Source: Xylographa opegraphella (Eukaryota). Taken from it: a stretch of DNA of 64,000 bases. Below, one piece after another: positions 1 through 14,052 of this stretch; the first letter of the stretch is position 1; every line of letters begins with the position of its first letter. The translations under genes were made by a program, and so were the position numbers. The notes beneath the pieces were generated by a model. It saw only the letters and a list, made by a program, of their open reading frames with translations, searched no databases and was not told the origin of the DNA. The DNA is taken from assembly GCA_022813865.1 (NCBI GenBank), contig JALDZX010000018.1:248001-312000 (forward strand), written 5' to 3'.

Positions 1-3000
1 ACAGCGCCGCAATAACGTCGACCAAGATGATCCTAGGTGAGCTAGAACGAACAGCCTTAGAGCTATGCCTTCGATCCAATCCCTTACAGTTGGAAGGCTG
101 TTGATTATATCTTCTAATATTGCATCATGCTCTTTCAGAATGAAATGACCAAAGATGCCAGAAATATTTCTTCCAACGAAGAACTTGACTGAGACAGTAC
201 CCTCCTCAAGAATTTGAAATAAGCTTGTTCTTGCGGACGGTAGATCAAGACTCCTAGCATAATCTGGACGGATCTTAACAACACTCTGAAGCAAAAGGGA
301 AAGACATTGATGAACATGCGGTGAACAAATGCCGCGACTGAAGACCTTGATAAACCATTCATAAAGATTGGAGCCAAGATCCGTAATGGAAGTGTCGCCA
401 TTGTCTAACCAAACAATTGCGGAAGAGGCCATCAAGTCTAGACATAACCCTTGAGCGACTTCACATCTTTCGTACTCGTAAGGCTCTAGTATGGTGTTGC
501 CGAGATACTCCAGCAACAATAGTACTGCAGAGTTATCCATACCGATACCGCTGTTGAGAAATTTCCTCAGGTAAACTCTACAAGCAAGGAACTCGTGAGG
601 AGGTAGAGAAATCAGGTACTCAATGTGTCTGAGGTCGACTGATCTAGCTCCATCGCCACTTTTGTCGATAGCCCGGTCTATCGACTCCTGACAAATCCTA
701 GCAATAAGCGATGCACGCTTTGCTTGTACGCCGGTACTGGAACAAACCCAATCATGCTCTATATCGTGTATCAAATAATCCGTTTTGCTTGTACCGCAAT
801 TCTGTGAGTCAAAATCTTGATCAATTTCCATAAGATCTTGTTTATCATTTTCACGTCTTCCGAGATTAGAAAGTTCCTGCCAAAAGTCACGATCGAATGG
901 CAAGGCGGTCGCTAAGGCGCCTTTGTGTAGCATAGAATTATCAACTTTAAAGAAAGTACTGCTACTAAGCAGTATCCCGAGAGCGTTCAGGAGACCATCG
1001 ACGACGGTCATGGGGTCCTGCTGACAAAGTATGAGACGAACCAATCGTGTTCTCAGCTGAGTTGCCATGAGCGTAAGCGATCGCGACTTGACGGAGCCAC
1101 TGACGGGACCGGCCGAAGAAATACCAAATGCAACTATACACAGCGAGCTCATGATGCTCGTAACATCAGCACTTAGTGCTTGCGAATCAGAATCCTCGGA
1201 TATTGGGTCTTGCTTAAGCACATTAGTAACCTCGATAATAAGGAGTTCGATAGCGGTGTCATAGATGTTCTTAAATCTTTTATCCACGGTCTGAGCAGCT
1301 GTACGTTGGCATGATTCTGACTTCGAAGATGGAAATCCCAAGTCAGCCGTCTCATTCATGTGGAGATACTTTGCCAGATTCTCCTCGTGCTTACTTCGCA
1401 GAATTGCCTGTGCAATTGTGCCCAAACCTAGAAGACTCTGATCGCTATCATCAGTGAACGGCAGGCGTAAGACAGCGGATATGAGCTTCATTATAGTTGA
1501 AGCTTCGCTATGACGTGACAAATGGGCAATCTGATGCCGATCGTGAATTTGTGCTATCGTCAAGTCAATCAAATACATGCAAATGAGGTAATCGAAGGCG
1601 AGAGTGACCTACAAGGTCTCCATCGAATAAAGAGCCAACGAAGAATACGCTCAGATGTCATTTGCATTGCAGCGGGGTTTTGCTTTAACATGATGTTAAT
1701 GACAGTTTTCCATAGATCAACAGCGGAATCACAAAACGCCGAAGGGCCGTTCAGCTCTACGGAGCTGAGCATTTTGTCCGCGACTTCTACGATATCTGCG
1801 TAAACAACAAGCCCTTTATCAAGAATAATGGCCATCAGATGACAGGCTGCTCTGCATGTCGAGTTTGAGGAAACATTCCGTGCGGCTACCTGCCAAGCAT
1901 CCAACCAGAATCTGCAGAGCAATGTTGTTGTAGCATATGCTTGAGTCGCAGCACTAAAAGATTAGGTCAGCCATCCATGCGACCGTGGTAATGTAATCAG
2001 TGGAGTTTACCAAGCCATGGCAACCATTGACCAGTTTGCCTTAAGTGGGTTGTCACTGGAAAGGCATGTACTTAGAACTTCGATAGTCTGTAGTATCCTG
2101 TTCTGATCAAGGTTGATGGAGCCCATAACAAAAGTCAGTAGCTTTAACGCTAGTATATCGTCTTGTAGAGAATAAGAGTTCAGGGAATCAAGCAGCACAT
2201 CGAATCTATTTGTAATCTTCCGCCGTTTTTGCGGAGTTGTTCTTTCATCCGCGGCAAACTCGGAAGACGATAAACAAGAAAAGTCGTATAGAGCGCAAAA
2301 TATCGTGGCAATGACATGCAACGAAGCCCATGCCCACTCAGATCTTGGTGTACCGAGTCTTAATCGTATAGTGGGTAAGCTCATGATGGCATGATTCTTG
2401 ACTTGTGAACCTGCAAGAGTCAAGTCAAGATCTTCGAGCTGGAGTTGATCCCTCTCCGCACGCTTCACATATTCCGCACTACATATGTCCAGTATACCTT
2501 GAAGATCACTTCTGCACTCGTGTTGTTCTTCCATACTCAGAAGGTTGGACATCAAATTCGCTCCGTAGATCAGGGTGACTAGCATCTCCTCCTTTAGCCC
2601 AGCCGATTTTGTTTGCCACAGACGGCGTATATGCGGTATTACGCTTCTAAACGTTTGTTGTACAACGCCGATATCCTCCGTAGTATATCGTATCAATATC
2701 AAATTCAATGTCACGAATGTTGCTTGATGGGCGCTTCCAGTTGCAGGAGCTTGTAATAGTGCTAGTAGCACTCCTGCTACTACACCGGCCTTGTCCAGCA
2801 AATTTGCATTTGTTGTACGCAGAAGGCACGACAAACAGAAAATAAAATCATCCAGTATCTTCACAGTATCACCATCGGTGTATGTTCCGAATCCAAGTTT
2901 GCGAGCTTGCCCGAGTGAGCTTCCCATTGTGCTAGGGGTAACGGATCTGCTAAATGGAGCGGATCTAATAGCTAAGCTCGAAAGATTCGTATTCGTCTCT

Positions 3001-3660
3001 CCGATACAGATCGCGAATTGTATCCCATCATTACAGAAATCCACGAGGTCATGACACTCTTTCTTAGAAAGATGTTCCAGATGGGGCTGATGCTCAAGAA
3101 TAAGTCGAAGAGCTTTGATGTAGTCACTGAGCAATGGTTCATGGTATTGATCGTCACAAGAAGGTAAAGTTTGCGTTATATGATCGATTAATGCCCGTAC
3201 AGTCTTCTTCCGTATAGTGCGCACACCGATCGTGACCGCAAGGCGAAGCAAACTAGCGCACGCCGATAATCTTCCGTCAGATTGCAATTTTGTCCTTCCA
3301 CTAGTTTTGATGTTATTTGACTTCTCATTCTGAGTCACTCTGAATAATGCCTCAAAAAGTGTGTGGAACCCATCATCATTGAGTTCGTGTCTGGAGCTTA
3401 ATTAGAATTGATGCAATTGCGACCAACAGTGAACATACAGCCTTGGGTTTCGGCGGTTCTGTTCTAGTATATGTTTCAAATCTGTACCAAATCAGTCCCG
3501 CCTACGAGCTAGTAGAGCTTTGTTAATAACTAACCAGCTAAGCCGTCCGTTCGCTCCTTTACCCTTGTAGATTTTATACGCTCTGGTATCAGTCAATTTA
3601 GTCCCAAATAGCCGCTGACTCGCGTTTACCTAGTGCCGTGTTTAAGCTAATACCACTCAT
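1..3660 (-). CDS. TEL1: Tel1/ATM PIKK-family kinase, N-terminal part (gene continues beyond window start)
   Basis: ATG at 3660. Small exons splice to MSGISLNTAL-ERIKSTRVKERTDGLA (TAN motif-like), then the TAN-domain text RLSACASLLRLAVTIGVRTIRKKTVRALIDHITQTL in ORF 2007-3338. Further helical exons run to the window edge. Confidence 0.85.
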
Positions 3661-4059
3661 GTTTGGAACTTGATAGAGAACGGAAAGCGCATTGGGGACC
3701 TGGACTGCCGACGTGCTTGGAACGAATTGACGTGACAGAAAGTATAGTAACGCTCCTACGCAAAACTCTTCTCGAAGACATGTAAATAGAGTGTTCTATG
3801 ACAGTAAGCTTTCTCGTGAGCTGCATCCAATGTCGCCTCACAACTCAAACCGCGAGCCTGGAAGGGTCATTCGATAAACACAAACAGTTCGACGAACGCT
3901 GACGGAAACAGAGCTTCTGCACTGGAACTTCAACATGAATTTGCATTATCATAGAAGCATTGATTATAATTTAACATGTAACTCTTCAAGTCTCAATAGA
4001 ACAAGGTAAGACGTGGGCAGGGCAGGTAGGCAGCGTGGGTTGTGTAAGGTGAATCAAAC

Positions 4060-4240
4060 AGGGTTAGTCTAATGTACCTCAGTGAGAGCTTTGACGCGTA
4101 GGTAAGGTAGGTAGGTAAGTTCAAAAGTTGTCCTAGTTGTACCTACCCTCGCTACCTTAGCTCGCTTAGGTTACCGTACCGCCTTATTCTAGTCCTAGGT
4201 CCTAGTCCTAAACGCGTAGACGCGTAGGGACTCTATCTGA
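4060..4240. repeat. Short TpA-rich, CpA/TpG-depleted tract (possible RIP-mutated small repeat)
   Basis: 4141-4237 contains no CA or TG and about 14 TA, with GGTA and CCTAG(T) micro-repeats. Confidence 0.35.
4094..4225. promoter_or_regulatory. Three MCB (ACGCGT, MBF-binding) elements in the divergent TEL1/NUP192 promoter
   Basis: Exact ACGCGT at 4094-4099, 4212-4217 and 4220-4225. Function is inferred. Confidence 0.45.
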
Positions 4241-4383
4241 CTTAATTCGCGTGCACAGTTTAGCCGCGTCAAACTTCATTTGTACAGCACCCAAGTGCAG
4301 GCTCAGGACAGCAGAGAGTCTGAATTCCTTACAATGTCTTAATAGAGAGCTGATGGTCAGGCAGCGGATCGTTGTTCCGCACA

Positions 4384-7300
4384 ATGGACGCTGAGGATCA
4401 TTTACCGATTTTGGACGACTTGCAACAAGACCTAATTGCATTAGCCAATTCGCAATTGATGAACGTTGAAAGGTTATGGCGTAATCTAGAAGCCAACATT
4501 GATGCATTCCGAAGGCTACTGGACAAACCAGCCAGGCGTGAACCAAGCCGGCTGCAGGTAGTATCAGGTATGTTCCTCTTCTCCATCATCTGAGCCACTC
4601 TCAACGGCATAAATCTGCTTACACACGTTATCTACATCAGGCATCATTGAGGTGGACGGAGAACGGTATGCCATCAACGATGAGTTCCGACAGTTGACGG
4701 TACAACTTGCGGAAGCCCTAGATTTAGATGAATTGGAGTCCGCACGACTGCTAAGTTTAGGAACACAAGTGGCATCATCCTACTTGGATCGCCCACCTTT
4801 ACAATGCGCGGTGTTCCACTTCCACCGAACCCGAGAGAGTCTGCTGCAGTGTTTACGTCTGGTGTTAAGGGAGTCTCAAGCTATGGAGTGTGATGAAGAA
4901 GTCAGGGCAATGCTGTTACAGCTCGTTACCCTGGTTCTGGAGACAAACGATGGACCAGCTAGGAATGGGTCCCTCTTTCTTCGAAGATGTATACGAGAGA
5001 TGACGGGATGTGAAACATGGCTGCAAAATATCATGGATCAGGTGCAGCGGTTCGTGATTGTAGGGCAGTCCCAGGATCCAGTGTTCACAGAGATGATGAA
5101 TTTTCAGATGGGCAGTTTACACCACCAGCATGAGGCGTTAGCGACCATTGTTACGCTTCTCATCAAGGGAGGTTACGCAGCCGACGCAGACTTCTATCAT
5201 GCCATTGAGCACATGCGGACAATCGATCGCTGGGGGGAAATGACATTGCATTATGTCCCTATTCTCACAACGTTCACATCGCAGTATGGATCTTCCGAAG
5301 GCAGTGCTAATCTGCGAGAGTCAAGGGCTATCAACAACAAAATTATGGAGGGAAGAGATTCTCAAGCATGGGCGCTTCCTAATCTGCAAGCGGCCATGAC
5401 TACTTGGTGGCTCGCAGAGTATAGTGGATGGTACTTTGATCAGCCTACTGGATCTCCTTTGCAAGGAGTAGATTTAGAAGCCGAAGCTCAAAACAGATCG
5501 GAAGCATTTGTTCGGGCTCTTCGTGAAGGAGCTCTACAGTGTACGCTTTCTATTGTTTCACAATGCCAACGAAGTGATTGGCATAACCCGGAGAAGATGG
5601 GTTTGACGCGATCTCTCCTTGGTGAGGGGCCGGTACCCTCATTTGAGTCAGCTACTATGACAGCGGAATTCCAGGAACTCGTCAAGGAGCAGTTTGAAAA
5701 TTTTACGACTGCATTCATCACAAATATGCCAGACACATTGCGAAGATTCAAGGTTGAGGAGGACGACCAGCGAAGGAGAATACTATCAGGAGTACAGGCG
5801 AACTTACAGAATAGTACTGCTGAGGATAACGGCCACCTAGAGAAGTTCTTACTTATTATGTCTTATGCATACGAGAACCGGCCGGAAGCAGCGGAGGCAT
5901 TCTGGGCTGATCCGGAGAGTAACCTATACGGGTTTCTGCAATGGGCATCGAGAAGGCAATCCACCCCTTGTATAAGCGCATTTTGCGAATTCTTCCGCGC
6001 GATATCCACTGGCCAGGAATGCTCGATTGCAGCTCAAAGATTCTTGTTAGACGAGAATATTGTTTCTGCCAGCCGACATCGTCGATCCATCTCATTGAGT
6101 TGGACCCAAATTTTCGAAGAGCTGGAACTTTACGCATCGCGAATTCGGGATAATACTGCTGTAGCTCTTCCCTCCCACCAGATGGGGGTTACGAAGCCAA
6201 AAAACGTCGACATTGAGGAGCCTGAGAGTCCAGTCATGCTAGAGTGTTACCTCCGATTAATAGCCCATCTTTGCTCCCAGAATCAGGAAATAAGATTATG
6301 GATTTTGGCACATCCAACATTTCGGATTGTCGAGACCCTATTCGCCCTTTCGTTAAGCACCGTGCCAGCGCGTGTCCGTGCTTGCGTCTATATCGTGATA
6401 CATGCAATTCTCATGGAAAAAGACTCAGATTTAGGGTATTACGTCTGGACAATACTCGATCACTGGGCATCATCGTCTTATCCACAAAGTTTTCAAACCT
6501 CAAGCGGCTTTCGGCCCGTTAAAGTTTCAAGTGCTGCCGCTGCGGGTGAAGAAATCACCTTCGAGACAGTAGCAAGCTCGTACGAAGAAGCGAATGCCTT
6601 TATGTCAATGCTTCATACTCTTGTATCGCCATCGGCAAATACAGGGCGACTAAATGATGTATTACAATTCCCGGAGCAACTGGGTTCGTCTTATCGAATG
6701 CCTGGAATTGAACCATATGTGGACTTAGTCTTGGGGAAAGTGTTTGCAGAGCTTGTTCCACACTTGGGAGATCCGCCAAAGACGAGAATTCTGTCTTTGA
6801 ATGTCCTCAACTTCATTATGGAATGTCTCACCACTTTCAACGAGGATCTAATATTCATAAACAACAACTCTAAAGATTCTCTTGAAGAGACCATGAGAAG
6901 CTCGGCATTGACCACCTATACTCGTCTTCATCCTTTCAACCGAACAATGGAGTGGCTATTCAATGATCGTGTTGTTACAGTGCTCTTTGCCCTGGCACAT
7001 CAGAACAGCCTTGATGTTTCGAGATCTATGTCTGAATCGCCACTGGTAGTTGCTCTTACGCGAAGCGTTCAACTGATGAGCAAGGTATTGAAGCTACAAG
7101 CGACATACTTAGATATTGTGAGACCTTTCATAAAGGTCAGCACGATTGGGGGTGGCCAATCTGTACTTGATCCTGCATTGTCATCATTTGAGGACAGTGT
7201 GAGCACCAACCTACATATCGTCGTTGATCTTGCCCAATACAGTGGATCCGGTCAAACAGATCTGGCATGCGCTTCACTCGTACTTCTCAAGCAACTGTGC

Positions 7301-9742
7301 ACATCAAGAAAGTTGAACATGTTGCAACCATCACATCTGGGCTCCCAAATAACGGAGAACAGATTAGTTGGTGTTCTTCTGCATCATGAGGATCTGGAAC
7401 CTATCTGTATGTCTCTTATGGAAGCTCTGACTTTCGACGCACGGGAGCTCGATCTAGGCTCTTTCGCAGAATCTTATCGTGTCAAATTATCAGTTCTCGA
7501 CTTTCTAGATGCAACCTTGAGTTATTCACCAGAAAAGCCTAACGTGGCCCACATTCTTCTTGGCTTCGGTTGTATCGGTAACTCCCTCATGGTCGAAGGT
7601 GATGGACCTCTCGCAAAAGGATATTCCCTTCTCTACAGCGTACGTGCTCTCGTGATAGGATATCCAGTTTCAAGTGAGGATTCAATGTTATCGTGGTCAT
7701 TAGGTCTCAAACGGAAAGGGCTACAAATACTCCGGACGTTGTGGAACTCATCATTAACCAGTGCTCACACTTTGACACAGCTGAGAGACGTACAGTTCCT
7801 ACCTGAAATGTGGCTGCAGCAGTCCGTAATCAACCAAAGCACTCGGTGGAGCGGCATTTCCATTCGTGATGGCGATATCTTGTCAAATGAAGATTCAGTT
7901 GAGGCACTTGATTGCTTTTTAAGCCAGCGTCGACTACTTCTCGAGTTGGCCAGTACGGAGATTCGTCTACTAAATGCAGAGGAAGCATCACAACGTAAGA
8001 GAGAACTCATGTCTATGTTTCTCGGCGTTCTTTCATTACCGGACGGCAATGTGCCCACCACCACTATATTCGATTTACTCGATTTTCTGGAGATTGACGT
8101 GACTGATAATTCCATCCGTCCGGATACCCGTTATGTATCCGCTTCCGCCCCCGACATTGGCATAGAGCTGGCGAGTGATGGCTCTGTTTTGGCTTACAAT
8201 ATATCGATGATGGAAGAGGTTCTCGAGCTGCACCACAGCACTCTGCTAAGAAGCGGTCGAATTGCTGATCCAGCCGCTGAGGCTGAGTTTGATGTGGAGG
8301 CTCAGGCTTTACTCGTTCATTGTACCCGCCAGAATCGATATAAACAACTAATGCGTACTCGATTATTCACTCTTGCGTGCTGGATTGATTTGGCTACTTT
8401 AATGATAGAAGGCAATGACGCTGATGAAGCCGTGAGGCGTACTTTTATTTTGCAAGCGCTCCAGACTCTATCTCCCAAACTCGAATTTTACGCCTTACAG
8501 GACAGACAAGAAGCGGTCGTTATTGCTAAATTCGCCCAAACGCTGTTGGCACGGCTTGATACAATGAAATCAACATATTCGACGGATGGAGGGCCACGCA
8601 GTGACTCCGGCATTCGCATTTCAAATGACAAAAGACTGTCAGATAACCTCTTCCTACCAGATTCAGAGAGTACAAGGACCGGAGATGTTACAAATGATCG
8701 ACTTTTCCAATTGTTCAGGATTTCCCTGGGAGCAATTCAGAAAACTGAGAGCAACGAAATCCTACGCGAAGCATTATACAATATCTGCTTGAGATATCTG
8801 GCTTTTGACGAGATTAATACTGATGTAATCATAAATAGGTCTCAGAGCATGCGAGTTGTGACCGCTGAAGGGGGGGTGCTGCTAGATATAGTGAGTGATG
8901 ATGGGTATAGTGGTGAGGGAACATGCAGACTCGCTGCACTTTTACTTCTTGATGCCTTGACGGAACTCTCGTATGTGGAGAAGACGACTTACATCGTAAA
9001 GGCTTTAGCACGAACGAATTATCTTGTCGTCCTTGTGGAGAGTATAAAACACATTCCACGAGAGCTTCGAGAGACCGATCCTGCTGGTCAGTACCAGATC
9101 CCGTCCTGGTATCTTTCAACGTTGTGTCTTATTAACTAATTATATAGACATCCACTCACTGATCACTTATCATGAAGCCAAATTTTCACTGCTCTTGGCG
9201 ATATCACAAAGCAGACTCGGTGCTATGCAGGTAACGAATGCTGGTCTCTTCTCCTCAATACGCATTTCTGGACTCTTTGCGACGGACTTTGACCTGGGGG
9301 TTGGTAAGTCACCAGTATTGACATACATAGTGGAGGGAATCGTGAACTAATTGAATTAGATATCGATGACCCACAAGCGACCCAAAAGTACTACCAGCTT
9401 CTTCTCGCTCTCCTTCGCATCGTAGTAGCTGTGGTCATCAGTCGTGGATCACAGAACGAACAAACGATTAACCAGGTCCGAGGATTCTTGACTGAATATC
9501 GGCCATTGATGGTGGCGATCTTCAAGCGACAAGCCAACATTGGAGGACTGACAAGCGGCATGGCGGATAATAACAGGTTCCTTGATGAATTGGCAGAGCT
9601 TTTTGTGCTTTTGATATCCTTGAGTGGCTTCGTGGAAGTAAGTGCAATTCAATGTCAACAATCCTTTATGCACTTCGTTAACGCTTTGTAGCACGAATTT
9701 GAGAGTGATGCGCGACGATCTCGACAGGGGGTGTTCTTATGA
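4384..9742 (+). CDS. NUP192: Nucleoporin Nup192/Nup205 family
   Basis: Start MDAEDHLPILDDLQQDLIALANSQLMNVERLWRNLEANIDAFRRLLDKP. Intron 4569-4640, long exon (ORF 4652-9139, YAINDEFRQLTVQLAEALDLDELESA), then three short 3' exons to TGA at 9742. Confidence 0.88.
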
Positions 9743-10235
9743 TGCGAGCATTTGGTGGACCGATAATAGTGCATCAGCGTATCAACCTTCCTTTCCGTTA
9801 CGTGGAATATGTAGTGGTCGTCTAAAAGGACTAGAGTTGTACCAAACTTTCGGTGAAGCCACCAAAAGTGTGACCAGCCGTAAGCGGCTCTTCACTTCCC
9901 GCTGAGTCCCCCTAAACCACGTAAATCTAGGCGTTGAATAGTACGTGACCTGCCTCCTAATGTAGTTGTAATAGCTGGACCGCGGCTTAAGTAGCCGCCA
10001 AGTTTTAGATGACAATTGGGAGGTCGCGATAAGGAATTTGCTCTAATCGTTAGAACCTGGGGTTCGAGCCTCCGACTAGGATTCCATTCGTCTACGATAG
10101 AGGTCGCCGCGCATTTCAACAACACCGTTTGGTCATATGTGTTCTGACATAGTTTACGACCAGCGACCTGAGAAGCAGAACTCCCCTGCTTGGTATGTTT
10201 TATATATGTCGAACGTGAGTTCGGGAAGCTGCTAG

Positions 10236-13132
10236 ATGCAGCACTCAACGTCTACGTCCGATCATTGTGGTGTCAAGCCTGAGCCCGGACGACGAGAGCA
10301 ACGCCTGCCGTCTCCTGCCCAGTCTCTGGACGTCTTCCAAACTCAGAAGACTATCACCGATCTGTTCGCACCCTCAAAACATAAAAGCACCGAATCTACG
10401 ACGTCATCCGCTCACAAACGTCTAAAGCGGGAGCATTCCACGAATACTGATGCTGTCGTCGCCTTTGAGCTAGAACCTATGAAAGCTGAAAATATGTACA
10501 CTTTTAGCTCTACAAATACAAATGGCTCAACTATGGTCGACCTTACACAATCGTCGATCCTGAGTCCTCGAAAGAACTCAGTGTCCCAGCGACGTCCAAT
10601 CAATTCCGTGCCCCCGACAGGAACTAAGAAGCTGGTTGTGAAGAACTTTAGGAAAACGTCAAAATCAAACCCAGACCAGTATTACGATACTATATGGGAA
10701 CAATTGGACAAGGCACTGTCAGCAATATTTCATCACGAAACAATCTCTCTCGAGGAGCTCTACAGAGGGGTTGAGAACCTTTGCCGCCAAGAAAAAGCTC
10801 CCGCATTATTTCAAAGACTCTCTGATAGATGCAAAGATAACGTAGTAGAGAATCTAAGGGCCCCTCTTGTTAAGGCTGTAAGCCGCGGGTTGACACCAAC
10901 GGAACTCCTTCGGGCAGCTATAAAGGCGTGGACGACATGGAGAGAACAGATTGTAAGTAGGCAAAATTGTCTCTTCGATGGATCGAGAGGAGTATGCTGA
11001 TTCATGACTAGTCAACCATTCGCCGGATCTTCTACTACATGGATCGCTCATATCTTCTCCACTCCCCTTCGCAACCTACTATTGAAGAGCTGGGCAGAAT
11101 TATGTACCGTACACACATATTTGCCGATGCGGGACTGAAGCATTTGATTCTTCAAGGGGCATGTGATCTTATAGCAAGTGATAGGAAGAGAGATGAGATA
11201 CAAATGGACGCTCCATTGCTGCGCGAAGCTATCGATATGTTCCATAACTTGGCTGTATATACGAAAGAGTTCGAGCCAAAAATACTTGGAGAATCGCAAA
11301 GGTACTTCAAAGAGTGGTCACAGTCTCAAAGCTCCAGTTCGAGCCTTGCTGGCTATGTCGAGGAGTGCCATGACCTTATCGATCGGGAGAGGATGCGTTG
11401 TATGGTATTGAATTTTGAGCCGACTACAGAAAAAGATCTTACAACGCAGCTAGACAGATTTCTGATTATTGATCAAGAGCAGATTCTAGTTGATGCAGGA
11501 AATGTTTCAGATCTCATGGCTTCTGATAAGCTTGACTCGCTGGGACAGCTATATACACTTCTGGAGCGAAAAGAATTGGGTGAGAAATTACGGCCTCCTT
11601 TCGAAGCATTCATCAATCAGCACGGTTCTGAAATTGTATTTGATGAAGCACGTGAAGCAGAGATGGTAGTGAGGCTACTTCAGTTCAAGAAGAAATTAGA
11701 CACAATGTGGGAATTCTCTTTCGCGAAGCATGAGGGCCTCGGGCATAGCTTACGAGAGGCATTTGAGTCATTTATTAATAAGACCAAGAAGAGCAATATG
11801 ACTTGGGGAACGGATAACCCGAAGCCGGGTGAAATGATTGCGAAGTACGTTGACATGATATTGAGAGGAGGTTCGAAGGCAATTCCGACAAATCTATCTT
11901 GCACTGGAGACACTAGTAGGATTCCCAACGAGGATGATGTGGACGAAGCCGTCGATGACGAAGACACGGTCATCAATCGTCAATTGGATCAAGTGCTTGA
12001 CATGTTCCGATTCGTGCATGGAAAAGCTGTATTTGAGGCTTTCTACAAAAAAGATCTTGCTCGTCGGCTGCTCATGCAAAGAAGTGCCAGTGCGGACGCA
12101 GAGAAGAATATGCTTAATCGCCTAAGTTCCGGTAAGAAAATTCCCTTTCCCCCACGCGTTGAATAAATGCTAACTAGATATTAGAGTGCGGATCTGGCTT
12201 CACTCACAATCTGGAGCAGATGTTTAAGGATGTTGAGCTAGCAAGAGATGAAATGGCTTCTTACAAACAAATGCTTCAAGACCGCCAGAAGAAGCCTCCA
12301 GTGGATTTGACTGTCAATGTGCTTTCCGCTTCTGCTTGGCCAACGTACCCCGATGTTCCTGTAGAGGTCCCTATTGATATACAGAAGGCAAGTGCAGATT
12401 TCGAGCAGCATTATAGGATGAAGCACACGGGCCGAAGGCTAGCATGGAAGCATTCATTAGCACACTGTCAGCTGAAAGCCGCTTTCCCAAAAAAAGACAA
12501 GGAGCTTGTCGTCAGCTCTTTTCAGGCAATCGTTCTGCTATACTTTAATGATAAGGATGATGAGGAGTCTATAGGTTACGCAGAGCTGAAAGCCGCTACG
12601 AGCCTGAGTAACAAGCCTTCTCTCCGGTTACAGTTCATGTTACTAATGTGTCATAGGCGACGAGGAGCTGAAGCGGACTTTACAGTCCCTTGCTTGTGCT
12701 AAGTACCGAGTCCTGACTAAATCGCCGAAAGGCAAAGACGTCAACGAAACCGACACCTTCAGCGTGAATCTAAAGTTCGAAGATCCCAAGTATCGTATCA
12801 AGATTAACCAAGTCCAATTGAAAGAGACCAAAGAGGAGAACAAGGAGACACACGAGAGGGTCGCAGCTGATCGTCACTACGAGACCCAGGCGGCAATCGT
12901 ACGCATTATGAAGAGTAGAAAGACCATCAAGCATGCCGAACTGGTGGCGGAGGTCATCAAGGCCACAAAGAGCCGAGGTGTACTGGACCCTGCTGACATC
13001 AAGAAGAACATAGAGAAGTGGGTAACCAGCTTGCTTTTGGCCACACTACACAATGCTGACCGTCCTTGCAGACTGATCGAGAAGGACTATATGGAACGGA
13101 ATGACGGCAACGTGTACGAATACCTAGCATAG
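10236..13132 (+). CDS. CUL4: Cullin-4
   Basis: KKLVVKNF N-terminal motif, SLEELYRGVENLC, cullin homology GKAVFEAFYKKDLARRLL, neddylation domain ETQAAIVRIMKSRK, C-terminal YEYLA. Four introns. Confidence 0.93.
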
Positions 13133-13317
13133 ACATAGTTTGTGAACAGTTGGTAGCGCGTATATGCATCCAGATGGTATGTGTTTGGTGTCAATAGTCA
13201 CTGGTCTTTACGAGTATAAAGGGGTCTCTTGAGGTCTAAATTCCAGCAATTGATCACGTCCAGGTTCTCCAAAGCTCCGCAACCAGCCAATGCCTTCATT
13301 GTCCAGTCCTCTCTTCT

Positions 13318-14052
13318 CTAACTCGCCTGAATGGCTCCGCGCATCTCCCCATCCCACCCCACAACCTCCACCCCCATCTCACTCTCCATCAGCCTCTCCA
13401 ACCAGCGGCCCATCCTCCTCTCCACACAACCCCTCACCCTGGCCGTGCCCACACCCCTCACGTCCCAAAAGCCCTCCAGCACCCGCACCCCCGCCGCGCC
13501 AAAACTCGCCTCCCACACGTCCACCGACAGCTCCTCCACACCGCTGAACGCATCCGTCACCTGGCGCTTGCTCCAATTCGGATCGGTGTCCAGCCGCACG
13601 CTGATGCGCCATTTCCGGATCAGGGAGATGTAGAAGCGCGACGTAAGCGGGCGGGCTGGGTCTGCGAAGTGCGGGAAAGAGGTGAGCAGCGAGGAGTGCG
13701 CGCGGAAGGGGTGCGCGTACAGGAACGGGGCGCTCTCCGCGTGTAACTGGTGGCAGACGCGGAGCAGGGAGGGCGTGAGGTGGTGGTGCTGCCGGAGGGG
13801 GTGATGGAATGGGTGGGGGTTGGACTGCGAGGTGGGGGTCAGGAGGAGGGCGTAGATGGCGTTGCGGAGCTCGCCGGGCAGGGAGAGGAAGGGGAAGGGG
13901 GTGGAGGGCTCGTCGGGGGCGAGGGGCGCGGTGCTTGTGGGGCCCGCGAGGATGGTGCTTGGGACGGCGAGGGCGGTGGTGTTCGAGTCAATGAAGGTGG
14001 TCGTTCCGCTCGATTCGGCGGGCCGGAACGCAGTCATCGTGGCCGTCGCCAT
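13318..14052 (-). CDS. F-box-like domain protein (fungal FLxLPxELRxxIY family)
   Basis: PFPFLSLPGELRNAIYALLL and SLLRVCHQLHAESAPFLY. Single GC-rich exon; first ATG at 14052. Confidence 0.75.
   Translation of the reverse strand: MATATMTAFRPAESSGTTTFIDSNTTALAVPSTILAGPTSTAPLAPDEPSTPFPFLSLPGELRNAIYALLLTPTSQSNPHPFHHPLRQHHHLTPSLLRVCHQLHAESAPFLYAHPFRAHSSLLTSFPHFADPARPLTSRFYISLIRKWRISVRLDTDPNWSKRQVTDAFSGVEELSVDVWEASFGAAGVRVLEGFWDVRGVGTARVRGCVERRMGRWLERLMESEMGVEVVGWDGEMRGAIQAS

Noticed and set aside
9982..10085. GGTTCGAGCC B-box/T-loop-like motif and a 6-bp hairpin in the CUL4 promoter, considered as a tRNA
   Set aside because: No matching acceptor stem, D arm or anticodon arm; at most an isolated B-box.
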